A stretch of DNA of 40,796 nt from Clostridia bacterium. GTDB taxonomy: Bacteria; Bacillota; Clostridia; Oscillospirales; CAG-272. This document shows, in pieces, positions 1 to 8,892 of this stretch (position 1 is the stretch's first letter; each line of letters opens with the position of its first letter). The position numbers were made by a program, and so were the translations under genes. The DNA is taken from positions 1 to 40,796 of the forward strand of contig JAFTOK010000092.1 of assembly GCA_017463815.1 (NCBI GenBank), in the 5' to 3' direction. The notes beneath the pieces are model-generated. The model had not been told where the DNA came from, did no database searches, and was given only the letters and a program-made list of their open reading frames with translations.

Positions 1-204
1 ACGCAGGAGCTTGTTACAGAGGGCGTTATTTCCGGCGGTATGATACCGAAGGTGGAATGCTGCACGGAGGCTATACGCCGCGGCGTTAAGAAGGTGTTCG
101 TTATCGACGGCAGAGTGCCCCATTCGCTCCTTATCGAAATACTCACCGACGAAGGCATGGGCACGATGCTCGTTTCAGGCGACGGCGTTTCGGAGGCTAA
201 ATGA
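1..204 (+). CDS. argB: Acetylglutamate kinase, C-terminal fragment (truncated by window edge)
   Basis: Frame 1 translates as ...ISGGMIPKVECC...VIDGRVPHSLLIEILTDEGMGTM...AK*, the typical NAGK C-terminus. The stop overlaps the argD start (ATGA). Confidence 0.93.
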   Translation, partial: TQELVTEGVISGGMIPKVECCTEAIRRGVKKVFVIDGRVPHSLLIEILTDEGMGTMLVSGDGVSEAK

Positions 205-1379
205 TGAATACGAACGAGCTAGATACAAAATACGTCGCGAATACGTACCACCGTGTTCCCGTAGAAAGAGTAAGCGGCAAGGGCGCGCGCCTTTTCGACG
301 AAAACGGCAAGGAATATATAGACATGGGCGCGGGTATTGCCGTTAATACCTTCGGCATGGCAGACGAAGGCTGGGTCGCGGCCGTTACGGCACAGCTTTC
401 TAAATTCCAGCACACCTCGAACCTTTACTACACGGAGCCTTGCGCGCGTCTTGCCGAAATGCTTTGCACGCGCACGGGCATGAAAAAGGTATTCTTCGGC
501 AACAGCGGCGCAGAGGCAAACGAATGCGCCATAAAAGCCGCGCGCGAATACGGGATTACGAAAAAGGGCGAGGAATACTATAACATCATAACGCTTAAAA
601 ACAGCTTCCACGGCAGAACGCTCGCAACGCTCGCGGCAACGGGGCAGGACGTTTTCCACGAACATTTTACACCTATGCCCGAGGGCTTCCTCTACGCGGC
701 GGCGAACGACTGCGAAGGGCTTGAAAAGCTCGTGGCGGAAAACAAGGTCTGCGCTATCATGTTCGAACTCGTGCAGGGCGAGGGCGGCGTAAACGCGCTT
801 TCCCGCGAGTTCGTGGCGAAAATTGCGGAGCTTTGCGAAAAATACGACCTGCTTATGGTAGACGACGAGGTTCAGTGCGGCAACGGCAGAACGGGCGCGC
901 TCTATGCGTATATGCACTTCGGCATAACGCCCGATATCGTAACTACGGCGAAAGGGCTTGGCGCGGGGCTTCCCATAGGCGCGACCATGTTCGGCGAAAA
1001 GGCGGCGGATATTTACAAGCCCGGCTTGCACGGCAGCACATTCGGCGGCAACCCCGTTTGCGCGGCGGGCGCGTGCCATGTGCTTTCGCGCCTTACAAAT
1101 GAGCTTATGGCAGACGTTACGGCAAAAGCCGAGTATATAAAAAATGCGCTCTGCGGCGCAGAGGGCATAAAAAGCGTTTCAGGCATGGGCCTTATGATGG
1201 GCATTGAAACGGAAAAGAAGGCGGCAGACGTTGTTGCCGCCGCAATGGAAAAGGGCGTGCTTCTTCTCACGGCGAAAACGAAGGTGCGCTTGCTCCCCCC
1301 GCTTAATATAACTTACGAAGAGCTTGAAAAAGCAGTTGAAATTATAAAAGAGGTATGTAAAAATGAAACACTTGCTTAA
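201..1379 (+). CDS. argD: Acetylornithine aminotransferase (class III PLP enzyme)
   Basis: Motifs NSGAEANE, SFHGRT, DEVQCG, TAKGLG (PLP lysine), HGSTFGGNP. Lies between argB and argF. Confidence 0.95.
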   Translation: MMNTNELDTKYVANTYHRVPVERVSGKGARLFDENGKEYIDMGAGIAVNTFGMADEGWVAAVTAQLSKFQHTSNLYYTEPCARLAEMLCTRTGMKKVFFGNSGAEANECAIKAAREYGITKKGEEYYNIITLKNSFHGRTLATLAATGQDVFHEHFTPMPEGFLYAAANDCEGLEKLVAENKVCAIMFELVQGEGGVNALSREFVAKIAELCEKYDLLMVDDEVQCGNGRTGALYAYMHFGITPDIVTTAKGLGAGLPIGATMFGEKAADIYKPGLHGSTFGGNPVCAAGACHVLSRLTNELMADVTAKAEYIKNALCGAEGIKSVSGMGLMMGIETEKKAADVVAAAMEKGVLLLTAKTKVRLLPPLNITYEELEKAVEIIKEVCKNETLA

Positions 1380-2274
1380 ACTTATGGACTTGAGCTACAA
1401 GGAAATTCTCGAAATTCTCAACCTTGCAGACCAGCTTAAATACGAAAAGAAATACGGTATTGAGCACCACTATCTTAAGGGCAAAACGCTCGGTATGATA
1501 TTCCAGAAATCCTCCACGCGTACGCGCGTTTCCTTTGAGGTTGGTATGTACGACCTCGGCGGCAGCGCACTCTTCCTTTCCTCCCGCGACCTCCAGATTG
1601 GCCGCGGCGAGCCTATTGAAGACACAGCACGCGTGCTTTCCCGCTACCTCGACGGTATTATGATTCGTACGTACGACCAGGAAGAGGTTGAAAAGCTTGC
1701 AAAATACGGCGATATTCCGATAATCAACGGTCTTACAGACTACGCGCACCCCTGCCAGGTGCTTGCCGACCTTATGACAATACGCGAGCATAAGGGCTCT
1801 ATCCGCGGCAGAAAGCTCTGCTTTATAGGCGACGGCAACAATATGGCAAACTCCCTTATCGTAGGCGGCATAAAAATGGGTATGTCCGTGGCAATCGGTT
1901 GCCCCAAAGGCTATGAGCCCGACGCCGAAATTATGAAATGGGCGAGCGAAAACGGCGAATTCCTCTGCACAGACGATATTTACGAAGCCGCAAAAGACGC
2001 AGACGTCGTTTACACAGACGTTTGGGCATCTATGGGCGAAGAAGCGGAAGCAGAAGCAAGAAAGCAGATTTTTGCGGGCTTCCAGGTAAACGCAGAGCTT
2101 ATGGCTGTTGCCAAAAAGGACGCAATGGTGCTCCATTGCCTGCCCGCACACCGCGGCGAAGAAATCACGGCAGACGTGCTCGAAGCACACGCGGCTGAAA
2201 TCTTCGACGAAGCGGAAAACAGACTCCACGCACAGAAAGCCGTTATGGTTATGTGTATGAGAAACAAAGGCTAA
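1363..2274 (+). CDS. argF: Ornithine carbamoyltransferase
   Basis: Motifs SSTRTR, HPCQ, DVWASMG, HCLP, FDEAENR. Confidence 0.97.
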   Translation: MKHLLKLMDLSYKEILEILNLADQLKYEKKYGIEHHYLKGKTLGMIFQKSSTRTRVSFEVGMYDLGGSALFLSSRDLQIGRGEPIEDTARVLSRYLDGIMIRTYDQEEVEKLAKYGDIPIINGLTDYAHPCQVLADLMTIREHKGSIRGRKLCFIGDGNNMANSLIVGGIKMGMSVAIGCPKGYEPDAEIMKWASENGEFLCTDDIYEAAKDADVVYTDVWASMGEEAEAEARKQIFAGFQVNAELMAVAKKDAMVLHCLPAHRGEEITADVLEAHAAEIFDEAENRLHAQKAVMVMCMRNKG

Positions 2275-2278
2275 AATA

Positions 2279-2326
2279 AAAAACGCACTTGAAAAGTTTA
2301 ACCGCTTCTTAAGTGCGTTTTCTTTT
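2279..2326 (+). terminator. Rho-independent terminator of the arg operon
   Basis: AAAACGCACTT...AAGTGCGTTTTCTTTT hairpin directly after the argF stop. Confidence 0.75.
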
Positions 2327-2332
2327 GCCTAC

Positions 2333-2361
2333 TTGAAAACGTATGTGAAAAATGGTATAAT
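2333..2361 (+). promoter_or_regulatory. Sigma-A promoter for trkA1-trkH1
   Basis: TTGAAA-17 bp-TATAAT with extended -10 TG. Confidence 0.75.
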
Positions 2362-2425
2362 TAAAAGGTAAAATGAAAAACTTGGAAAAGACACGGTAAA
2401 AAACGTTTCGGAAGGGAAGTTTTCT

Positions 2426-3787
2426 ATGAAAATAATTGTTGCAGGCTGCGGAAAAATAGGCAGAGCTATAGTTAAAAGCCTCGTGGCAGAGGGGCACGAC
2501 ATTCTTATAATAGACACTAAGCCCGAAATAGTGGAAGAACTTACGAATATTTACGACGTAATGGGTATTTGCGGCAACTGTGCCGACAGCGATATTGTAA
2601 GCGAAGCGAACGCCGGTGAAGCAGACATCTACCTCGCCGTGGCAGACTCCGACGAGCTGAATATGCTCAGTTGTTTTATAGCCAAACGTATGGGCGCAAA
2701 AGATACCATAGCGCGTATACGCGCCCCCGAATATAACGATAACAGCTTGGTGTTTATGAAGGATAACCTGGAAATATCTATGCCCATAAACCCCGAGCGC
2801 CTCGCCGCACAAGAGCTCTTCAATATACTCAAATTCCCCTCTGCGCTGAAGGTGGAAACCTTTTCTCGCAGAACTATGGAAATGACAGAGGTGCGCTTGC
2901 AGGAAGATTCCGTGCTCGACGGCGTCAAACTTCTCGATATACGCCAGAAATTTAAAGCGCAAGTGCTTATTTGCTGTGTGCAGAGGGGCGAAGATGTGTT
3001 CATTCCCGACGGTAACTTCGTGCTTCGCGGCGGCGACAGAATAGGCGTTACGGCTTCTAATGCGGAGCTTGTGAAGTTTTTCAAAAACACGGGGCTTTTG
3101 CAACGCCCTGTTAAAAACGTCATAATCCTCGGCGGCAGCCGCACGGCGTATTACCTGGCGGAAATGCTGATTGATATAGGCGCAGACGTAAAAATTATAG
3201 ATAAAGACGAAAATATTTGCGAAAGTTTGAGCGATTCCTTGCCGCAAGCGGTCGTGATTCACGGCGACGGCTCGGAGCAGGAGCTTCTTCTGGAGGAAGG
3301 CATTTCCACGGCAGATGCCTTTGTTTCGCTCACGGGTTCCGACGAAACGAACATACTTGTTTCTATGTTCGCTATGATGAACAACGTGAAAAAGGTTATT
3401 GCCAAAGTAAATCGCGACGAAATCGCGCCTATGGCGGAAAGGCTTGGCCTTGACTGCATCATTTCCCCCAGAAAAATCGTTTCGGATGTGGTTCTGCGAT
3501 ATGCGCGCTCTCTCGAAAACTCTATGGGCAGCAACGTGGAAACGCTCTATAAGCTTATGGACGATAAGGTAGAGGCGCTGGAATTTAACGTGCGCGCAGA
3601 CGCAAAATGCCTGAACACGCCGCTGAAAGATTTAAAACTGCTAAAAAATCTGCTTATTATCGGCATTGTGCGCGAGGGAGCCGTTATAACACCATCAGGT
3701 ATGACGGAAATTCACGCGGGCGACAGGGTCGTGCTTATAACTACGAACAAAGGGCTCGGCGACCTTTCCGATATTTTGGCAAAGTAA
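2426..3787 (+). CDS. trkA: Trk potassium uptake regulatory subunit (RCK domains), copy 1
   Basis: 453 aa. N-terminal KIIVAGCGKIG Rossmann motif, second ILGGSR motif, paired RCK_N/RCK_C layout, adjacent to trkH. Confidence 0.95.
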   Translation: MKIIVAGCGKIGRAIVKSLVAEGHDILIIDTKPEIVEELTNIYDVMGICGNCADSDIVSEANAGEADIYLAVADSDELNMLSCFIAKRMGAKDTIARIRAPEYNDNSLVFMKDNLEISMPINPERLAAQELFNILKFPSALKVETFSRRTMEMTEVRLQEDSVLDGVKLLDIRQKFKAQVLICCVQRGEDVFIPDGNFVLRGGDRIGVTASNAELVKFFKNTGLLQRPVKNVIILGGSRTAYYLAEMLIDIGADVKIIDKDENICESLSDSLPQAVVIHGDGSEQELLLEEGISTADAFVSLTGSDETNILVSMFAMMNNVKKVIAKVNRDEIAPMAERLGLDCIISPRKIVSDVVLRYARSLENSMGSNVETLYKLMDDKVEALEFNVRADAKCLNTPLKDLKLLKNLLIIGIVREGAVITPSGMTEIHAGDRVVLITTNKGLGDLSDILAK

Positions 3788-3801
3788 GGGCGGTTTGATT
3801 T

Positions 3802-5256
3802 ATGAATTACAGAATTGTTTTACATACGGTGGGGCGCATTTTGCAGATAGAGGCTTTGCTTATGTTGCTCCCCCTCGCCGTAAGCGTTATCTATGCGGGG
3901 CAGGACGGTACTGCCGCAATATGGGCGTTTCTTATAGCTATCGGCATATCTCTTGCGCTCGGGTTCTTTCTTACGTACGTTCTGGGCAAAAACAATAATC
4001 TGCTTTTTGCGCGCGAGGGCTTTGCCATAGTTGCGCTTGCGTGGATTCTTATGTCCGTGGTGGGCGCTCTGCCGTTCGTTATAAGCGGGGAAATCCCCTC
4101 CTTCATAGATGCGTTTTTTGAAACCGTGAGCGGCTTTACCACGACGGGCGCTTCCATTCTTACAGACGTGGAGGCTATGAGCCACGGTATGCTCTTCTGG
4201 CGCAGTTTTACGCACTGGGTGGGCGGTATGGGTGTTCTCGTGTTCGTAATGGCTATTTTGCCGCAGGACACGGGCAGAAATATCCATATAATGCGCGCGG
4301 AAATGCCCGGGCCCATTGTGGGCAAGCTTGTGCCCAGGCTTAAAGATACGGCGAGAATACTCTACGTTATCTACATTGTTCTTACGGCGGTGGAGGTTGT
4401 TTTGCTACTCCTCGGCGGTATGTCGCTTTTCGATAGCTTGCTTCATTCGTTCGGCACGGCGGGTACGGGCGGTTTCGGTATAAAAGCCGACAGCCTCGGC
4501 GGCTACAACGCTTATTTACAATGGGTTATAACCATATTTATGCTGGTTTTCGGCGTGAACTTCAACCTCTATTATCTTATTCTTATAAAACAGTTTAAAA
4601 CCGCCATCAAAAGCACGGAGCTTTGGGTGTACGGCGCTATAGTGTTCGTTTCGGGCGTGCTTATTTCGTTTAACATTTACCCTATGCTCGGCGATGTGGG
4701 CGATTCCGTGCGCCACGCGTTCTTCCAGGTGGCTTCCATAATAACCACGACGGGCTATTCCTCTGTGGATTTTAACCTGTGGCCGGGCTTTTCAAAGGCA
4801 ATTCTCGTTGTGCTTATGTTTGTGGGCGGTTGCGCGGGCTCTACGGCGGGCGGCATAAAGGTTTCGCGTTTTATAATAGCGATAAAGACGGTTTTCAAGG
4901 ATATAAAGAAAATGCTCCACCCTCGCTCTGTTGCGGGCGTGAAGTTAGAGGGCAAAAAGGTAGACGATAAAACAATAAATTCCGTAAGCACGTATTTTGC
5001 TTTCTATTTTATCATTTTCCTAATCATTTTCCTTTTGCTTTCGCTTGAACCGTTCGATTTTGAAACGAATTTTACAGCGGTTTCCGCTTGCTTTAACAAT
5101 ATAGGTCCTGGGCTTTCGGCGGTAGGCCCTATGGGCAGCTTCTCGATATATTCCGATGCGGCGACATTGTTGCTTTCCTTTGCGATGCTTCTCGGCAGGC
5201 TCGAAATTTTCCCTCTGCTGCTCATTTTTACACCGTCTATGTGGAAAAAGAAATAA
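3802..5256 (+). CDS. trkH: Trk potassium channel subunit, copy 1
   Basis: Four pore loops TTTG, GTGG, TTTG, NNIG. Also GGCAGST loop and GRLEI. Confidence 0.95.
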   Translation: MNYRIVLHTVGRILQIEALLMLLPLAVSVIYAGQDGTAAIWAFLIAIGISLALGFFLTYVLGKNNNLLFAREGFAIVALAWILMSVVGALPFVISGEIPSFIDAFFETVSGFTTTGASILTDVEAMSHGMLFWRSFTHWVGGMGVLVFVMAILPQDTGRNIHIMRAEMPGPIVGKLVPRLKDTARILYVIYIVLTAVEVVLLLLGGMSLFDSLLHSFGTAGTGGFGIKADSLGGYNAYLQWVITIFMLVFGVNFNLYYLILIKQFKTAIKSTELWVYGAIVFVSGVLISFNIYPMLGDVGDSVRHAFFQVASIITTTGYSSVDFNLWPGFSKAILVVLMFVGGCAGSTAGGIKVSRFIIAIKTVFKDIKKMLHPRSVAGVKLEGKKVDDKTINSVSTYFAFYFIIFLIIFLLLSLEPFDFETNFTAVSACFNNIGPGLSAVGPMGSFSIYSDAATLLLSFAMLLGRLEIFPLLLIFTPSMWKKK

Positions 5257-5267
5257 AATATAACTTT

Positions 5268-5297
5268 AGCCTTCCCCGACAGGGGAAGGCTTTTTTT
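5268..5297 (+). terminator. Rho-independent terminator after trkH1
   Basis: AGCCTTCCCC-GACA-GGGGAAGGCT followed by a T run. Confidence 0.8.
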
Positions 5298-5302
5298 GTA
5301 TA

Positions 5303-5669
5303 ACGAAAAAACCACGCGATAGTCGCGAGGTTCAATAAAGGCTATGCCGATAAATTGAAAAGAAAAAAGTGGTAGGAGATGTTGTGGTGTCAAAGGCTCC
5401 CTTGTGCAAAGGGAGCTGTTGAGCGATAGCGAAACTGAGGGATTGTTACAAAGATTTACTATTTTTTCTAAAACAATCCCTCCGTCTTTTGCTTCGCAAA
5501 ATCCACCTCCCTTTGCACAAGGGAGGCTTGTATAAAAACCCATTTATGGGTATAAGTAATAATTGCGTGGCTGGCAGGCCAATCTAAAACGCACTTGTGC
5601 GTAGCCAGTAGCGTTTAGGGATATGCCCGAAAATGAAATATCCCCCGTTATACGTGGGGAATATTTATT
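5303..5669 (+). mobile_element. Probable internally deleted IS200/IS605-like remnant (no transposase ORF)
   Basis: Subterminal hairpins at 5310-5332 (AACCACGCGA-TAG-TCGCGAGGTT) and 5638-5664. The stretch CCCATTTATGGG...GCTGGCAG...GGGATATGCCCGAAAATGAA resembles clostridial IS200 3' ends as I recall them (not searched). Confidence 0.45.
5394..5528. repeat. REP-like inverted doublet (REPIN-like)
   Basis: GGCTCCCTTGTGCAAAGGGAG...GAGGGATTGT faces ACAATCCCTC...CTCCCTTTGCACAAGGGAGGC. A close reverse-complement copy lies at 33275-33407. Confidence 0.9.
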
Positions 5670-5707
5670 GCCGGGCGCAAAAATCTTTCCAACCTTTATT
5701 GCAGGTA

Positions 5708-5736
5708 TTGCAAAAGCGGTTAAAAAATGGTAAAAT
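5708..5736 (+). promoter_or_regulatory. Sigma-A promoter for trkA2-trkH2
   Basis: TTGCAA-17 bp-TAAAAT. Shares AAAAATGGTA.AAT with the trkA1 promoter. Confidence 0.65.
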
Positions 5737-5792
5737 AAAAAAAGAAATATTATATGAATTTTAACTTGACAACTGTTAGGGGATTTGGGTTT

Positions 5793-7154
5793 ATGAAAAT
5801 TATCATCGCGGGTTGCGGTAAAATCGGCACGACTATTGTGGAAAGCCTTGTAGCAGAGGGCCACGATATACTTATAATAGATAACGACGATTCTATAATA
5901 CAGGAAATAACCAATGTGTTCGACGTAATGGGCGTTTGCGGCAACTGTGTAGACAGCGACGTTTTGGAGGAAGCGAGCGTGAAAACAGCAGAGCTTTTCC
6001 TTGCCGTTACGGATTCCGACGAGCTGAATATGCTCAGCTGTTTTCTCGCAAAAAAAATGGGCGCGCAACACACAATCGCGCGTATACGCACGTCCGAGTA
6101 TAACGACAAAAGTTTGCTCGTTATGAAAAATAACCTGGAAATATCTATGCCCATAAACCCCGAGCGTCTTGCCGCACGCGAGCTTTTCAATATACTGAAA
6201 TTCCCGTCTGCCGTAAAGCTGGAAACCTTTTCCCACAGAAATATGGAAATGGCAGAGGTGGTTTTGCGAGAGGATTCGCCGCTGGACGGCGTTAAGCTTT
6301 CCGAAATCCGCGGCAAATTCAAAGCAAACGTGCTTGTTTGCTGTGTTCAGCGCGGCGAAGAAATCTTTATTCCCGACGGTAGCTTTGCGCTTCGCGGCGG
6401 CGACAGAATAGGTATGACGGCATCGCATACGGAGCTGCAAAAGCTTTTCCGCTACACGGGCTTGCTGAAAAAGCAGGCAAGGGACGTTATAATTCTCGGC
6501 GGCAGCCGCGTTTCCTATTATCTTGCGGAAATGCTCGCGGAAATCGGCGCTTCGGTTAAAATTATAGACCGCGACGAAAAGGTTTGCGAGCTTTTGGGCG
6601 ATAAGCTGCCGAAGGCTGTGGTTATACGCGGCGACGGCACACAGCAGGAGCTGCTTCTGCGCGAGGGGCTTTCCCGCACAGATGCTTTTGTGGCGCTTAC
6701 GGGGCTTGACGAAACAAACGTGCTTATTTCTATGTTTGCCACGCGCAGGGGCGTGCCGAAGGTGATTGCAAAGGTAAACCGCGAGGAGCTTATTCCTATG
6801 GCGGAGGATTTGGGGCTTGACTGCATCGTTTCCCCGCGAAAAACCGTTTCCGATGTTGTGGTAAGCTATGCCCGCGCCATAGAAAACTCGCTGGGCAGTA
6901 ACGTAGAAACGCTTTATAAACTTATGGACGATAAGGTGGAGGCGCTGGAATTTAACGTGCGCGAAAAATCGCGCGTGGTGGATGTGCCGCTTAAAAACCT
7001 TAAACTGCGCAAAAATATCCTTATTATCGGCGTCATACGCGACAGAAAACTTATAACCCCCACGGGTGAAACGGAAATACAGCTCGGCGACAGGGTAGTG
7101 GTTATTACCGCAAACCAAGGCCTGGGCGACCTTTCCGACATACTTGAAAGATAA
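5793..7154 (+). CDS. trkA: Trk regulatory subunit, copy 2
   Basis: Colinear paralog of 2426-3787. Start placed at MKIIIAGCGKIG (ATG 5793), giving the same 453 aa length. Confidence 0.95.
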   Translation: MKIIIAGCGKIGTTIVESLVAEGHDILIIDNDDSIIQEITNVFDVMGVCGNCVDSDVLEEASVKTAELFLAVTDSDELNMLSCFLAKKMGAQHTIARIRTSEYNDKSLLVMKNNLEISMPINPERLAARELFNILKFPSAVKLETFSHRNMEMAEVVLREDSPLDGVKLSEIRGKFKANVLVCCVQRGEEIFIPDGSFALRGGDRIGMTASHTELQKLFRYTGLLKKQARDVIILGGSRVSYYLAEMLAEIGASVKIIDRDEKVCELLGDKLPKAVVIRGDGTQQELLLREGLSRTDAFVALTGLDETNVLISMFATRRGVPKVIAKVNREELIPMAEDLGLDCIVSPRKTVSDVVVSYARAIENSLGSNVETLYKLMDDKVEALEFNVREKSRVVDVPLKNLKLRKNILIIGVIRDRKLITPTGETEIQLGDRVVVITANQGLGDLSDILER

Positions 7155-7165
7155 GCGGGGTTTTT

Positions 7166-8611
7166 ATGAATTACAGAATTATTTCACATACGGTAGGGCG
7201 GATTTTACAGCTTGAAGCGGCGCTTCTTTTGCTTCCGCTTTTCGTAAGCCTGCTTTACCGCGAAACGGATAACGTAATAGCTTTTCTTATTTCTGCGGCG
7301 GCGGCACTTGCCGTTGGCTTGCTCCTGACATATGTTCTCGGTAAAGACGATAGACTGCTTTTCGCACGCGAAGGCTTTGCCATAGTTGCGCTCGCGTGGC
7401 TCGCTATGTCTGCCGTGGGCGCTTTGCCGTATGTCATAAGCGGGGCAATCCCCTCTTATGCAGATGCGTTTTTTGAAACGGTAAGCGGTTTTACAACCAC
7501 CAGCGCCACTATACTCAACGATGTGGAAAACCTGAGCAACGGTATAATTTTCTGGCGCAGTTTCACACATTGGCTCGGCGGTATGGGTGTGCTTGTGTTT
7601 ATTATGGCGATTTTCCCGCAGGAATCGGGCAGAAGCATACATATTATGCGCGCGGAAATGCCGGGGCCCACGGTGGGTAAGCTCGTGCCCAAGCTAAAAG
7701 AAACAGCGCGCATACTTTACCTTATATATATCGGCATAACTATTGTGGAGGCGATTTTGCTGTTTCTCGGCGGTATGTCGCCTTTTGAAAGCTTTGTTCA
7801 CGCCTTCGGTACGGCGGGAACGAGCGGCTTTGCCATAAAAGCCGACGGTCTTGCGAGCTATGCACCCCACTTGCAATGGATGGTTATGGTGTTTATGCTG
7901 ATAGGCGGCATCAACTTCAACCTCATTTACCTTATGCTTATAGGGCATTTCAGGCCCGCCGTAAAAAGCACGGAGCTTTGGGTGTACCTTATAATCATAG
8001 TTGTGGCGGGCGTTGCCGTTACGTTCAACGTTATGCCAATATACGGTTCGTTTTGGGAATCGCTCCGCCAGGCGTTCTTCCACGTGATTTCTATTGTGAC
8101 CACAACGGGTTATTCCATTTCAGATTACAACGAGTGGCCGCTGTTTTCCAAAACATTGCTCGTTGTCCTTATGTTTGTGGGCGGTTGCGCGGGTTCGACC
8201 TCGGGCGGTATTAAAATTTCACGTTTTATACTTTTAATCAAAGCTGTTTTCAGGGATATAAAGCAAATGCTTCACCCCACGGCGGTTTCGGGCGTTCGCT
8301 TCGACGGCAAAAAAGTAGACGATAAAACCATACACGGCGTAAGCACGTATTTTGCGTTTTATTTTATAATTTTCTTTGTTATACTTATGCTTATTTCCTT
8401 TGAACCGTTCGATTTTGAAACGAATTTTACGGCGGTTTCGGCTTGCCTTAACAATATCGGCCCCGGATTTGGCGCGGTAGGGCCGCTTGCCAGCTTTTCG
8501 GCGTATTCCGTGCCTGCGAAGTTTTTGCTTTCCTTTGCGATGCTTCTCGGCAGACTTGAAATTTTCCCGATATTGCTTCTTCTTATGCCCTCGTTCTGGG
8601 CGAGAAAATAA
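7166..8611 (+). CDS. trkH: TrkH-family cation channel, copy 2, with altered filter (TTTS)
   Basis: Paralog of 3802-5256. Pore loops TTTS, GTSG, TTTG, NNIG. Confidence 0.93.
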   Translation: MNYRIISHTVGRILQLEAALLLLPLFVSLLYRETDNVIAFLISAAAALAVGLLLTYVLGKDDRLLFAREGFAIVALAWLAMSAVGALPYVISGAIPSYADAFFETVSGFTTTSATILNDVENLSNGIIFWRSFTHWLGGMGVLVFIMAIFPQESGRSIHIMRAEMPGPTVGKLVPKLKETARILYLIYIGITIVEAILLFLGGMSPFESFVHAFGTAGTSGFAIKADGLASYAPHLQWMVMVFMLIGGINFNLIYLMLIGHFRPAVKSTELWVYLIIIVVAGVAVTFNVMPIYGSFWESLRQAFFHVISIVTTTGYSISDYNEWPLFSKTLLVVLMFVGGCAGSTSGGIKISRFILLIKAVFRDIKQMLHPTAVSGVRFDGKKVDDKTIHGVSTYFAFYFIIFFVILMLISFEPFDFETNFTAVSACLNNIGPGFGAVGPLASFSAYSVPAKFLLSFAMLLGRLEIFPILLLLMPSFWARK

Positions 8612-8633
8612 AAAAGTTGACTTCGTCAACTAT

Positions 8634-8658
8634 AAAACGCCCGAAATCGGGCGTTTTT
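8634..8658. terminator. Bidirectional terminator between trkH2 and the small membrane protein gene
   Basis: AAAACGCCCG-AAAT-CGGGCGTTTTT. Confidence 0.8.
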
Positions 8659-8660
8659 GT

Positions 8661-8804
8661 TTATTCATCGCGTTTGCTTTTTTCGTATTCTTCATATTCC
8701 TCGCGTGTCATAGGTTTTTTGCGGTTGAAGCGCATCGTGGAAAAAACGCCGAGGGCGATGATAGCAACCACCAACCCTATTGCTATGTAACCCGTTATAT
8801 CCAT
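8661..8804 (-). CDS. 47-aa single-pass small membrane protein (not in the ORF track)
   Basis: MDITGYIAIGLVVAIIALGVFSTMRFNRKKPMTREEYEEYEKSKRDE. GGAGG RBS 6 nt before the ATG, and a terminator right after the stop. Confidence 0.8.
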   Translation of the reverse strand: MDITGYIAIGLVVAIIALGVFSTMRFNRKKPMTREEYEEYEKSKRDE

Positions 8805-8892
8805 TTTAAACCTCCAAAATCTGTTTTTATATTGCTTTTGCCGCCCCGATGTGGTAAACTAAAGAAAATTCACGCATTTCGGGGGCTTTTTT

